Shown here piece by piece: positions 52,490 through 64,000 of a stretch of 64,000 nt of DNA. The DNA is from Hormiphora californensis (taxonomy: Eukaryota; Animalia; Ctenophora), in NCBI GenBank assembly GCA_020137815.1, contig CM035357.1, positions 4,340,001 through 4,404,000 of the forward strand, in the 5' to 3' direction. Every line of letters begins with the position of its first letter. Position 1 is the first letter of the stretch. Below the pieces are notes generated by a model that saw only the letters and a program-made list of their open reading frames with translations, had not been told where the DNA came from and did not search any database. The position numbers and the translations under genes were made by a program.

Positions 52490-54772
52490 GTTCATACATT
52501 TGCAGTTTCATGTTTGTTTCATTTTGAATGCTCTGTTACACTGGCATACACCTGTCTAAGTCTCTCTTTAATCCTAAATCTATCACTTAACAACCGTATC
52601 ACCTAGTTTGGTTCAGTCATTCTGTCAAATGGTGCTCCTTTTCTGTATCTTTCAACACAGCACCTCTAATATCTGATCTCTAACGCACTCAATACCTTCT
52701 CGTTTTCTTGTACTCAGGTCACGTCCATAATATTGCTCTATCTCAAGACATACTCCTTGTGCCAATGCTCCACTATACCCCCTAGTAATTCCCAAAATTT
52801 CAAGTTTCTATCTTCAAAACTGTGGTCTCAGTAGCATTAAAACTGTCCCTGCATCATCGTGCATTCTGGATACAGAATAACTTTGCGGATGTGTGACATA
52901 AACGAATTCTCGGGATTCTCCAACTCTCTCACAAACAGTTCATACATTTGCAGTTTCATGTTTGTTTCATTTTGAATGCTCTGTTACACTGGCATACACC
53001 TGTCTAAGTCTCTCTTTAATCCTAAATCTATCACTTAACAACCGTATCACCTAGTTTCTCTATCTCTATCTCTATAGATCACCTAGTTTGGTTCAGTCAT
53101 TCTGTCAAATGGTGCTCCTTTTCTGTATCTTTCAACACAGCACCTCTAATATCTGATCTCTAACGCACTCAATACCTTCTCGTTTTCTTGTACAAAGTGA
53201 CTTGAGAGCATTGTGGAGGGATATTCAAGGGATATGAGAGCAATAATCCGTTATTGAGACATGTTAACAGCACCCCAAACCCACTTTTAAACCAACTCAC
53301 CACAACCACGTGACCGGCCTGGATCACATGTCAGAGTGACGGTCGCAGAAAACCTCCACTGTGTCTCTCCTGGTAATCAGATTATGCTCAAATTGGTCTA
53401 TTAACAAAGATAATCGTTAGCCAAAGACGGGCAAAAAATTCTGAATGATGAGGGGGTCTCATATCGACAGGAACGGAGAAGGTTCATTCCGTTCATGAAA
53501 ATGAATTTGAGCTAGAGCTCTGATTTTCTGTTCTGTCAGGATCAAAGATAGACATAGTGGAGGCAACCCTGCCAAGTTACAGCTCTCCACCACATCGGCA
53601 ACTATGGTGGTCTAGGGGGGCCTTTTTTTGCCGCACACGGTATCTTCAAAACTGTGGTCTCAGTAGCATTAAAACTGTCCCTGCATCATCGTGCATTCTG
53701 GATACAGAATAACTTTGCGGATGTGTGACATAAACGAATTCTCGGGATTACCCAACTCTCTCACAAACAGTTTCATACATTTGCAGTTTCATGTTTGTTT
53801 TATTTTGAATGCTCTGTTTACCCTGGCATACCAACCTGTCTAAGTCTCTCTCTTAATCCTAAATCTTATCACTTACAACCGTATCACCTAGTTTTCTCTA
53901 TCTCTATCTCTATAGATCACCTAGTTTGGTTCAGTCATTCGGTCAAATGGTGCTCCTTTTCTGTATCTTTCAACACAGCACCTCTAATATCTGATCTCTA
54001 ACGCACTCAATACCTTCTCGTTTTCTTGTACAGTAGCATTAAAACTGTCCCTGCATCATCGTGCATTCTGGATACAGAATAACTTTGCGGATGTGTGACA
54101 TAAACGAATTCTCGGGATTCTCCAACTCTCTCACAAACAAGTTCATACATTTGCAGTTTTCATGTTTGTTTCATTTTGAATGCTCTGTTACACTGGCATA
54201 ACACCTGTCTAAGTCTCTCTTTAATCTAAATCTATCATTTAACAACCGTATCAACCTAGTTTCTCTATCTCTATCTCTATAGATCACACTAGTTTGTTCA
54301 CGTCATTCTGTCAATGGTGCTCCTTTTCTGTATCTTTCACACAAGCACCTCTAATATTGACTCATCTAACGCACTCAATACCTTCTCGTTTCCTTGTATC
54401 TAGCATTAAAACTGTCCCTGCATCATCGTGCATTCTGGATACAGAATAACTTTGCGGATGTGTACATAAACGAATTCTCGGGATTCTCCAACTCTCTCAC
54501 AACAGTTCATACATTTGCAGTTTCATTTCTGTTTGTTTCATTTTGAATGCTCTGTACACACTGGATACACCTGTCTAAGTCTCTCTTTAATCCTAAATCT
54601 ATCACTTAACAACCGTATCACCTAGTTTCTCTATCTCTATCTCTATACATCACCTAGTTTGGTTCAGTCCTTCTGTCAAAAATGGTGCTCCTTTTCTGTA
54701 TCTTCTTTCAACACAGGCACACTCTAATATCTGATCTCTAACGCACGTCAATACCGTTCTCGTTTTCTTGTA
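52490..54772. repeat. ~370-bp tandem repeat (~5 copies), interrupted at 53194-53642 by a mariner-MITE end
   Basis: ttcatacatttgcagtttcatg... recurs at ~52490, 52939, 53772, 54142 and 54506. Later copies are indel-rich. Confidence 0.85.
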
Positions 54773-54969
54773 CTCTCGTGCCAACGAGCATTCACTGCCC
54801 ATATTTCTGGTTGCGAGGAGATGAGCTACTGGTTTTTTTTTTTTTTTACAGCGAGTTACATCATCTCGGTCTGTACTCGCTTTGCAGAGAAGGATGAGAA
54901 CGTACAAAATTCTCTACCTGTGGAAATGTGTATAATGGTCTACTGCCAAATCACCTGAACTGGCTCTTT

Positions 54970-55230
54970 AAACCATCGATCAGAAGGGGGCCCTATTGCG
55001 AAAGACGCTTGGTAAATTAAACTGAAGAGCATTAACTCAAAATTTTCAATCTCCTGCTCATCAACTGCCCTGGTTCCCTCAGTTCAATGCTGTCCTAAGT
55101 TGTCAAGGAACAACTGACACTGGAGGGAACTAAGCGGGAGCTTGATAAATTCCTATCGAATATCCCGGATGAACCCCCCCTGAAAGGTTATGGGGCGCAG
55201 AACACTAACAGTATCCTAGATTGGTGTTCC
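54970..55230 (+). mobile_element. Degenerate 3' fragment of a non-LTR (CR1/L2-group) retrotransposon ORF2
   Basis: Frameshifted remnant KRELDKFLSNIPDEPP..GYGAQNTNSILDW, typical of the C-terminus of these ORFs. Confidence 0.6.
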
Positions 55231-55300
55231 TGCCGAGGAACGTTGTTGACAGCGGAATCCTAGCAACTGGAGCTGAACCTGGTCACAGGTAATCACAGGT

Positions 55301-55468
<168 letters not shown>

Positions 55469-57314
55469 ATGGACAGTACGTTCATAGGAGCCAGCTCTCT
55501 CTCACTCTCTTTCTCTCTCTTTCTCTCTTTACCCCTGGAGCAGAGTACCACGTGTCACGAACACAAAATCAACTCATGAACAGCAAGTGGCGTTCACTCC
55601 TTGACATTCATGAACACTAAATGCAGCATCACGATCATTGACCTTGCCAGCTTCATCCCCGAACCTAATATACATCTGTGCTGGAAAGTGCAATAAGTTG
55701 TACCGTCGTATGCTATGCCAGTTTCAAGCTTGCTTGACTTTATACTGTAACTACCTGACTGGCGGCGACAGATCCTGTGATGATGCGTTCAGAACGGGGC
55801 GGCGTCGCCAGACAAGTAACTATACTACCCGCATGATTAGGTAGTGTACCAGTGATTGGGTACTCAAAGGCAGTATTCCGGCCCTACTACCGGGGTCAAT
55901 CATGTGGCTGCAGAGTCTAACATCTGTCAAACCATGGACACAGGTACATGTTATGTAATACAGGGAGTGACAAATGTTAGCACGGGGAGGTCTCAAAAAA
56001 AAAAAAACCAAGCACCGTGTTGGAGAGCTTGCGCCTGTTACACTGTTACCGCAGAGGACCGTGTTGCCTCTTCCACAAGTCCTCCCTGCTCTCTCTTTTC
56101 ACCAAATAGCATGCATTGTTCACCACAGAGAGCTCAGTTCTTTGTTAGAGTTTCGCAACTCGTTCTACCTTTCCCAATTTGCTCCAAAAATTTATTTGGT
56201 TCCTCCGGACGGAATGTATTATAAAATATATATTGCGTCTCATTCTGTATCATTCCGGGTAATTCCGTCTCATTCTGTCTCACGTGTCAGCACTCAGCAG
56301 TCAGCACACACCTACGGCAAAATTAAAATTTTAATTTTAAACCCAGACACACCATTGGTTACGAAGTCACCCATTTACTCACACAGGGGCGTCTCACGCG
56401 CCATTTTGACACTGTTAAATGTCGCGTTGGATGACAAAATATCGCGTTGGATGAAAAAAATGGTGAGCGAGATTGTGACTGTGAGAATAGGGGAGATTAG
56501 AACACACAAAAAGCTAAGATTTAACAAAAAATGAGTGAAGTGGGGGACGGGGGTCCCGGGCTGACAAGGTGTACTTGGGAAATTGGAGAGGGAAGATAAT
56601 GGTCGGCAGCAGAAGGATTAGGCCAGATTATTGTGCATGTAATTGCATGGCGCTACGAGGACAATTATAACCCGAGAGAGGGAGGGGAATCGGGATGATG
56701 GAGCACCACAAATAGCATTATTTTCTTGTGGAGACCAGTAACCAGTGTTTTTCTTGTTCTTCTCTCCTTATTATTAAGGCCAGGGGGGGGGGGGGGTCGA
56801 CCCCCATTTTGGACTATTGTCGGGGTTACCATCATGTGATAGCGCTTGCTATACCGGACCAGATGGATATAACAGAATCGATTTTGCGCGAACGGTCTGG
56901 GAGAAAGATGGGGTTAACTTTTGGCCTGATATCAATGTAAACCCCATTATTTTAGGACTGGTAGGGTTTGGGACATTCAATTTAGTGCCAAACGCTTCGT
57001 CTTATCAAGAGGAATCACTCTACAAATTTTTAGACCAAAAGTCCAACTGGTCTTTGAATTATTTGGGGATAACAGAATCTGGAAAAATTGACATTATGGC
57101 TCCCCTCTAAACCCCATTTTTGCACATGGTTAACCACTTTCTGAGAAAACGGCTAGGATCTAGACCTTGTCGTTTGGCACATTTGTTCTGCAGACCAAGG
57201 AGCATGAAACTTGTGTAGCGATTTTTGATTAAGGCCCTCATTCAAAAATTATGGAGGTTGGACTTATAGTCTAAAAATTTGTAGAGTGATTCCTCTTGAC
57301 CACATCTCAACTAG

Positions 57315-59710
57315 AGGTCACATCCGTGTCAGCTAAAACACTATACTCCGACAAGAATTACAGTCCTGAGAAGATTCTGGATGGGGACCCAGATACTTTC
57401 TATCACTCTGCATTTTATAAACATTTTACTGAGCAGTGGTTGTGGTTGGAGTTAACCCTCCCTGGCTATGTTTACCAAGTTACTCACGGTGTCCTGGAAG
57501 GAGGTTTTACCTCGCCTAGAGTAACCCGAGAAGTTACGGACCCTACCCCACGTATTTTTTGACGTAGAATCCGAAAAACATAAAATTAAAATCCGGTCAT
57601 GTGCCGTTTTTGCGTAAAACGGCAAAAACTGTTATTTTTAGCAATTTTCGACTTTTTTCGTATTTCAGAGGTTCTAGTAAATCCCCCTTAAAAGATACGG
57701 TCTTGAGAATTTTCACCAATAAAATATAATCAATTTGCTACAGATTGGTCTTGGGTTTGTGTGATTTGGTCAAAAACTCTCGTTGCAGTGGCCCCTTAAA
57801 GATGTCTAATCTGCAAATACGTTTTTGGATCCTGTGGCCTCAGTTGTGGACCAAAATAAGATTTATTATACACCAAAATTTGCGTCTTCTCAAGGCAAGC
57901 AACCTGGTTTTTACGACATTCCATTTCATGCAGGCGTTGAGGAGTGACAGCTGAAAAACTGCTACAGTGGATTTTGGAAATACCCCTACTTCATCAAACT
58001 CTAACCCGGAAAAGATTTCGAAAGATATAAATTTTTATACATGAAAATGAAGCTCAGACAAATGCCAACAAGATGCAAAAAACGGGAAGTGTCTAACTTA
58101 TTTCGTTCAGAAGTTATAGTCAAAATAAAAGTGCTTATATTTGCCTTTAAAAACACCCTTTAAAAGCCCTGAAAAACAGCAAATCTGTCTAAAAATGCAA
58201 TACGAATAAAATTTCACCTCCAGTGCACCAACTTAGCCCCCTGTGGACAAAATTTGTTTGAAGTTGTCAGAAATTGTCTAAAAGTATGGTTTTAGAGTGT
58301 ATTTTAAAGGCAAATATAAGCACTTTTATTTTGACTATAACTTCTGAACGAAATAAGTTAGACACTTCCCGTTTTTTGCATCTTGTTGGCATTTGTCTGA
58401 GCTTCATTTTCATGTATAAAAATTTATATTTTTCGAAATCTTTCCCGGGTTAGAGTTTGATGAAGTAGGGGTATTTCCAAAATCCACTGTAGCAGTTTTT
58501 CAGCTGTAACTCCTCAACGCCAGCATGAAATGGAATGTCGTAAAAACCAGGTTGTTCGCCTTGAGAAGACGCAAATTTTGATGTATAATAAATCTTATTT
58601 TGGTTTACATCTGCGGCCACAGGAGCCAAATACGTATTTGCAGAGTGGCCATCTTTGATGGGCCACAGTAAAAAGAGCTTTTGACCAAATCACACAAACC
58701 TGGGACCAATTTGTAGCAAATCGATTGTATTTTATTAGTCTAGAAGCACAAGATCATATCTTGTAAGGAAATATTTTTTAAATCTCTAGAAAGCGTAAAA
58801 AGTCGAAAATCGCTGAAAAATAACAGTTTTTGCCGTTTTACGCAAAAACGGCACATGACCGGATTTTAATTTTATGTTTTTCGGATTCTACGTCAAAAAA
58901 TACGTGGGGTAGGGTCCGTAACTTCTCGGGTTACTCTAGGCGAGGTAAAACCTCCTTCCAGGACACCGTGTACTATTAACAACAGGTAAACACCCATGAG
59001 GTGACCTGTTTTGTTGATGGGTTAGTTACCACTAAGTAAGCTTAAATTCACCTTCACAATCTAATAACTTCAGGTTGGAAAACCAGAATAGAAATTCCAG
59101 TGACCCCATCTACAAGGCCATGCGAGATAGAATAATCGGTACCAAGGTTGTTCTAATTGGTTACCATGACAACATCACGTGCGGCTGGATAAACCAGACA
59201 CAAGAGGACGCACGATCAGTTCAGGACCAGACTTATTCTCTTATGTGTGATGAAAAGGATACTATAACAAGAGCGATATGGTTGGCAGACCGATCACCGG
59301 AGAGTGGTTTTGATGGATCTTCTGTTATTATGAATATCGCAGGAGTAACTGTAACCCGTAAGTATTCTGGGAGGTTCATGGTGACCTATAACTGACCCGT
59401 AATTATTCTGGGAGGTTGGGCATGCAGGTATGGGGAAGGGGCACATGTCCACCCCCCCCCCCCACTTGTACCCAAGTTGTCTCCTGCAAATTGCAATGAA
59501 CTCACGCCAATTACAATTTCCAATCAGAACTAGAGTGTCCTGCTTTTACTGTTGAGGGATCAACACAAGGAAGCTGGACCGTCTCACCAATAAGAACAAC
59601 TGCCACTATCGAATGTGTTGCCACCCATTATGTCCTTGCGGGAAGTGCTACACTAACTTGTCTGGATGATGGATCGTGGTCAAGTGATGTACCACAATGT
59701 GATAAAATTG
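57315..59710 (+). pseudogene. F5/8 type C (discoidin/FTP-like) + sushi/CCP extracellular protein, exon interrupted by a transposon; partial
   Basis: 57315-57484 + 58975-58985 give ...YSPEKILDGDPDTFYHS...EQWLWLELTLPGYVYQVT/INNR. Exon 59074-59357 follows in phase. Exon 59528-59710 encodes CPAF...IECVATHYVLAGSATLTCLDDGSWSSDVPQC (sushi). Confidence 0.75.
57485..58970. mobile_element. 1486-bp palindromic non-autonomous element, Chapaev-like
   Basis: CACGGTGTCC...GGACACCGTG termini, 4-bp TSD TACT, arms pairing over nearly the whole length. Confidence 0.88.
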
Positions 59711-60393
59711 GTGAGTTCATTTGACATTTAGCAAAGCGTTATTTAGCTACCTATACGTTTTAAGTAAAGTAAAGTGCATCTGATACATTTTTATTGCGTG
59801 TTTGTAGCGTGTCTATGATGCGTCTGGAATACGGCGTGATATATATAGTTGGGACATCTTTTTTACGTCCCTAGTACACCTCAAGCAAACACGTATAGAT
59901 GTGGACTACGTCGCAGTGTAGTCTACCGCCGATGTGAGATTTAAAACAAATGACGACCAGACCAATCACACAACTTCAAATCATTATCCCCCTCCTTACC
60001 CTCCACCACTACCCTTTCACTTGATGAAATAACTTAGATATCAGTAACAAATTATGTAGTGCTGGCATTAGTTTGTCGCTAACAATTACAATTTTGAAGG
60101 CCATCATTCTTTTTTAAGGGGTGCCAGCATACATAATTTTTCCTTTTTCTGTTTTCCTCTTTTTACATGCATCTCTACACAATCTCCTCTCCTAAATCCC
60201 CATTAGCTCTCTGATCTCTGCTGCTGATTCAGTCTACCCTCTCTCTCCCATTCTTAGCCGGTCTCTTGTGTGTACTAATCGTTCCCAACCTCCCAATAGC
60301 TAAAAAGCTATCACGTGAGGAACACGCGGCTTCCATTCTAGTACACCATTGGCTGACACGGCCCCTTTTCAGTTTTCAATGGTCACTGTACAG

Positions 60394-61224
60394 TAGGGTG
60401 TGCTATTTCAAATTTTTTTCGACTAGGCCATTCGGTATCTAGCTAATGTGAAACTATGGACAATTCTCTATCACATCAGCAAAACAGAATCGGGATAGTG
60501 TTTGTCAGTTACGTTGGCATCGCGATTCAAAAAGTGTAGTTTTTAACCGAAAAATGGTAAAAACAGGAAAATATGTGTGGTTATCACCAGTTTTTGACAT
60601 GTTCTTGATATCAACTTTTTATGGTCAGGATTGTGTTCAGCACCTCGAAACTGACAGGAATTGATATGTATCATTAAATGATGCTTAAGTTCATTTTTGA
60701 CCTAAAAATGTTCATTTTTGACAAAAAATGTTCATTTTTGACAAAAATGTTCATTTTGGACATGTTCTTCAATTTTGAGAGCTTTTTCATGAATGGGATC
60801 GTGTTCCGCAGGCCAAAATTATTCGATTACAACCGAAATTTGCTTTCCACCAAGAAAAAACTTAAAAAATTAAAATTCGTCCCCACAATTCTGCAAGTTG
60901 GTAAAATTAGCAAGAAAAAAAAGGGAGAAATTTTTTTATTTTTGTTCATAAAGTGGATATCTGAAGGCTCAAACTGAAAGTAACAGTTGTATAAGTTGTC
61001 ACGAGACGATTGATATGTGTGTTTTGTTCGAAATAACGCCCTAAAACAGACTTTTTGAAATGAATATGCCCATATATGGGCATAGATCGTGCCAACGTAT
61101 TTGGGCCATGGTAGAGCCAAAACTTTGTGATAAAATGTTTTAGAATGATCGTAGGAGCTCATTTAACCCGATACCAAGTGAAATTTTGAATTAAATAAGA
61201 CATTTGAAAAAATAGCACACCCTA
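60394..61224. mobile_element. Non-autonomous DNA element with short TIRs
   Basis: TAGGGTGTGCTATTT...AAATAGCACACCCTA. Confidence 0.7.
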
Positions 61225-61391
61225 TTTAGCTTGTTCATGTACACTGTACAGTGTACAGTGTACATGAACAAGCTAAATATAGCTCTTTTCTAACATCTGG
61301 ATTCTTAAATGATCTAACTGACGTACCTTCCTTTATAACACACAAAAAGCTAAGATTTAACATTAAATGAGTGAAATGGGAATAACTAATA

Positions 61392-63122
61392 GGGGGTATG
61401 TATAAACCCGGATAACCCGGATAGTCCGGATAATTGATGTTTTCGAGATATCCGGATAACCAAGCTCGGATATGGGACTCTGGATAACTCGGATAACTCG
61501 GATAAGGTTCCGGATAACTCGGATAAATGTCCGGATAACTCGGATAAGGGTCTGGATAACTCGGATAAGGGTCCGGATAACTCGGATAAGGGTCCGGATA
61601 ACTCGGATAAATGTCCGGATAACTCGGATAAGGGTCCGGATAACTCGGATAAATGTCTGGATAACTCGGATAAGGGTCCGGATAACTCGGATAAGGGTCC
61701 GGATAACTCGGATAAATGTCCGGATAACTCGGATAAGGGTCCGGATAACTCGGATAAATGTCCGGATAACTCGGATAAGGGTCCGGATAACTCGGATAAA
61801 TGTCCGGATAACTCGGATAAGGGTCCGGATAACTCGGATAAATGTCCGGATAACTCGGATAAGGGTCCGGATAACTCGGATAAATGTCCGGATAACTCGG
61901 ATAAGGGTCCGGATAACTCGGATAAATGTCCGGATAACTCGGATAAGGGTCCGGATAACTCGGATAAATGTCCGGATAACTCGGATAAGGGTCCGGATAA
62001 CTCGGATAAGGGTCCGGATAGCTCGGATAAATGTCCGGATAACTCGGATAAGGGTCCGGATAACTCGGATAAATGTCCGGATAACTCGGATAAGGGTCCG
62101 GATAACTCGGATAAATGTCCGGATAACTCGAATTTGAGCTCGAATAACTCAAACCTGGCTATATTTAGGTCATTTTTGGGTTATCCAAATCAATTCTTGT
62201 TATGTTCTAACTGCAGAGTGCACGGAAAGAGGGTCGAGCAAGGCAAATCCATTCTAAGCTATTTCTTTATCATTTAGGTCAGCTATATACCATTTCTGGG
62301 TTATTTCTATGTTGGTTTGTCCAATTTTTGTGCCTATCTGAAACATTCAGGTCAATTCAAGATACTTCAAGGTCTCAAAAGGCTAAAAGGCCCCCTCCCC
62401 CCACAGCAAATGAAATTGAAGTGCCAGAAAGAGCCTATTGAAACATTAAAGTAGATATTGAATTGACATGAATGTACCAAAAACGCACAAATTGGACAAA
62501 CCAACAAAAAAAACACTCAGAAATGGTATACAGCTGACCTAAATGATAAACATAGAAATAGCTTGGAATTGATTTGCCTTGCTCGACCCTCTTTCCGTGC
62601 ACTCTGCAATTAGAACATAACAAAAACTGATGTGGATAACCCAAAAATGACCTAAATATAGCTATCCGAGTTATCCGGACATTTATCCGAGTTATCCGGA
62701 CCCTTATCCGAGATATCCGGACATTTATCCGAGTTATCCGGACATTTATCCGAGTTATCCGGACCCTTATCCGAGTTATCCGGACATTTATCCGAGTTAT
62801 CCGGACATTTATCCGAGTTATCCGGACCCTTATCCGAGTTATCCGGACATTTATCCGAGTTATCCGGACCCTTATCCGAGTTATCCGGACCCTTATCCGA
62901 GTTATCCGGACCCTTATCCGAGTTATCCGGACCCTTATCCGAGTTATCCGGACATTTATCCGAGTTATCCGGACCCTTATCCGAGTTATCCAAGTTATCC
63001 GGATTTCAGTATCCGAGTTATCCGGAGTCCCATATCCGAGCTTGGTTATCCGGATATCTCGAAAATATCAATTATCCGGACTATCCGGGTTATCCGGGTT
63101 ATCCGGGTTTATACATACCCCC
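61392..63122. mobile_element. Foldback element with inverted 21-bp satellite arrays
   Basis: GGGGGTATGTATAAACCCGG...CCGGGTTTATACATACCCCC. The arms carry (TCCGGATAACTCGGATAA(AT/GG)G)n in opposite orientation. Confidence 0.88.
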
Positions 63123-63470
63123 TAATGAAAAATTTAGTCCAAAAAACAAATTTGGGGAAATTTAACTAGTTTGGATTACCAAGTTAGACTGTTATTGAGT
63201 TTGAACAAAATCGGGAATAAAACATGGTTGTTTTAGACAATATATAGACACCCAAGAGGCGTGCTTTCTGCTTACCGTTCCGTGATATGACGTCAGAACT
63301 GCCAACCATCCATTGATTTCGATCACATCCTGCAACGAGAAAGATAGGTTAAATTTTGCACCCTGGAACTATACAAGCCTCTAGAGTCTAGAGCTCTACT
63401 TGGCTCATTCAATTAAAATGGAAGGGTAATTTCAAATGGTGCCCAGACCCCATTCTATAATACATCCTAC

Positions 63471-63730
63471 AACTAGACCAAAAAACAAAAGAAATTTGTT
63501 TGGAAAACCCGTGGCCTTTTGTCGATACTTGACGCTGCGGGAAATGCACCCATAATCTGAGCTACTAGGTATTGTTGTGCCATCTCTCTCTAAGTTCTAA
63601 CACACGCACATTCTCTCTCTCACTCTTCCACACGTCTTGCTCTGAAGAAGGGTGCAATTCCCGCAGCGTCAAGTATCGACAAAAGGCCACGGGTTTTCCA
63701 AACAAATTTCTTTTGTTTTTTGGTCTAGTT
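63471..63730. mobile_element. Inverted repeat with ~80-bp arms; a ~160-bp direct repeat follows to the window end
   Basis: aactagaccaaaaaacaaaag...gcaccc / gggtgc...ctttTgttttttggtctagtt. Confidence 0.75.
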
Positions 63731-64000
63731 TCTCAGGATTTTTGTAAACAGGTATCATAAATATGCAAATAACGGCTAAACGGTGTGAGATACGACTTTT
63801 TGTCCGGGGGACGACCCCCCATAAATCGACCATTCTGCGTCGAAATATGTCCATGAAAACTTTCCAGGACGAGAGAAAGTGGAAATATTCCGAATATGCA
63901 TTAAATCATGAATCAGTGCATAAATATGCAAATAACGGCTAAACGGTGCAAGATACGACTTTTTGCCAGGGGGACGACCCCCCATAAATCGACCATTCTG

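Noticed and set aside
55560-56940. Cys-containing fragments possibly from upstream sushi/kringle exons of the F5/8C gene
   Set aside because: Frames are broken and no consistent exon chain could be built.
61235-62152. 305-aa YPDPYPS/ITRIRVR ORFs and the DNSDKGP ORF at 62652-62993
   Set aside because: Translations of a 21-bp satellite inside the inverted arms of a foldback element.

Overview
Eukaryotic, intron-rich animal DNA, most likely from a cydippid ctenophore (Pleurobrachia/Hormiphora-like). That assignment comes from recalled interspersed-repeat families, gene nesting and microsatellite content, and was not verified by search. Manual splicing (GT-AG, phase-checked) gives eight protein-coding loci: (1) a signal-peptide + SMP + C2-like protein (-, 988-5398, 3' end missing); (2) a SOWAH-type ankyrin-repeat gene (+, ~9916-21989) with several alternative terminal exons; (3) plastin/fimbrin (-, 23097-31850/34529) with two alternative first coding exons and a central part lost in an error-rich segment; (4) a C4C4-RING + TRAF-type zinc-finger gene (+, 37956-43006); (5) an antisense tandem-dsRBD gene nested in the first intron of gene 4; (6) HBP1 (AXH + HMG box; -, 43497-51711) with an apparent 1-nt frameshift in the AXH domain; (7) an intronless, secreted single-domain beta/gamma-crystallin gene nested in the HMG-box intron of HBP1; (8) an F5/8C(FTP)-sushi gene interrupted by a Chapaev-like foldback element. 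Introns are packed with palindromic MITEs, (CT)n microsatellites and minisatellites. The most unusual pattern is that many intronic repeats are tandem copies of the adjacent exon edge plus its splice site. Some copies differ mostly at synonymous positions, some give in-frame donor ladders, and some give AG|GT ratchet-like sites. Several minisatellites are built on RFX X-box-like palindromes.
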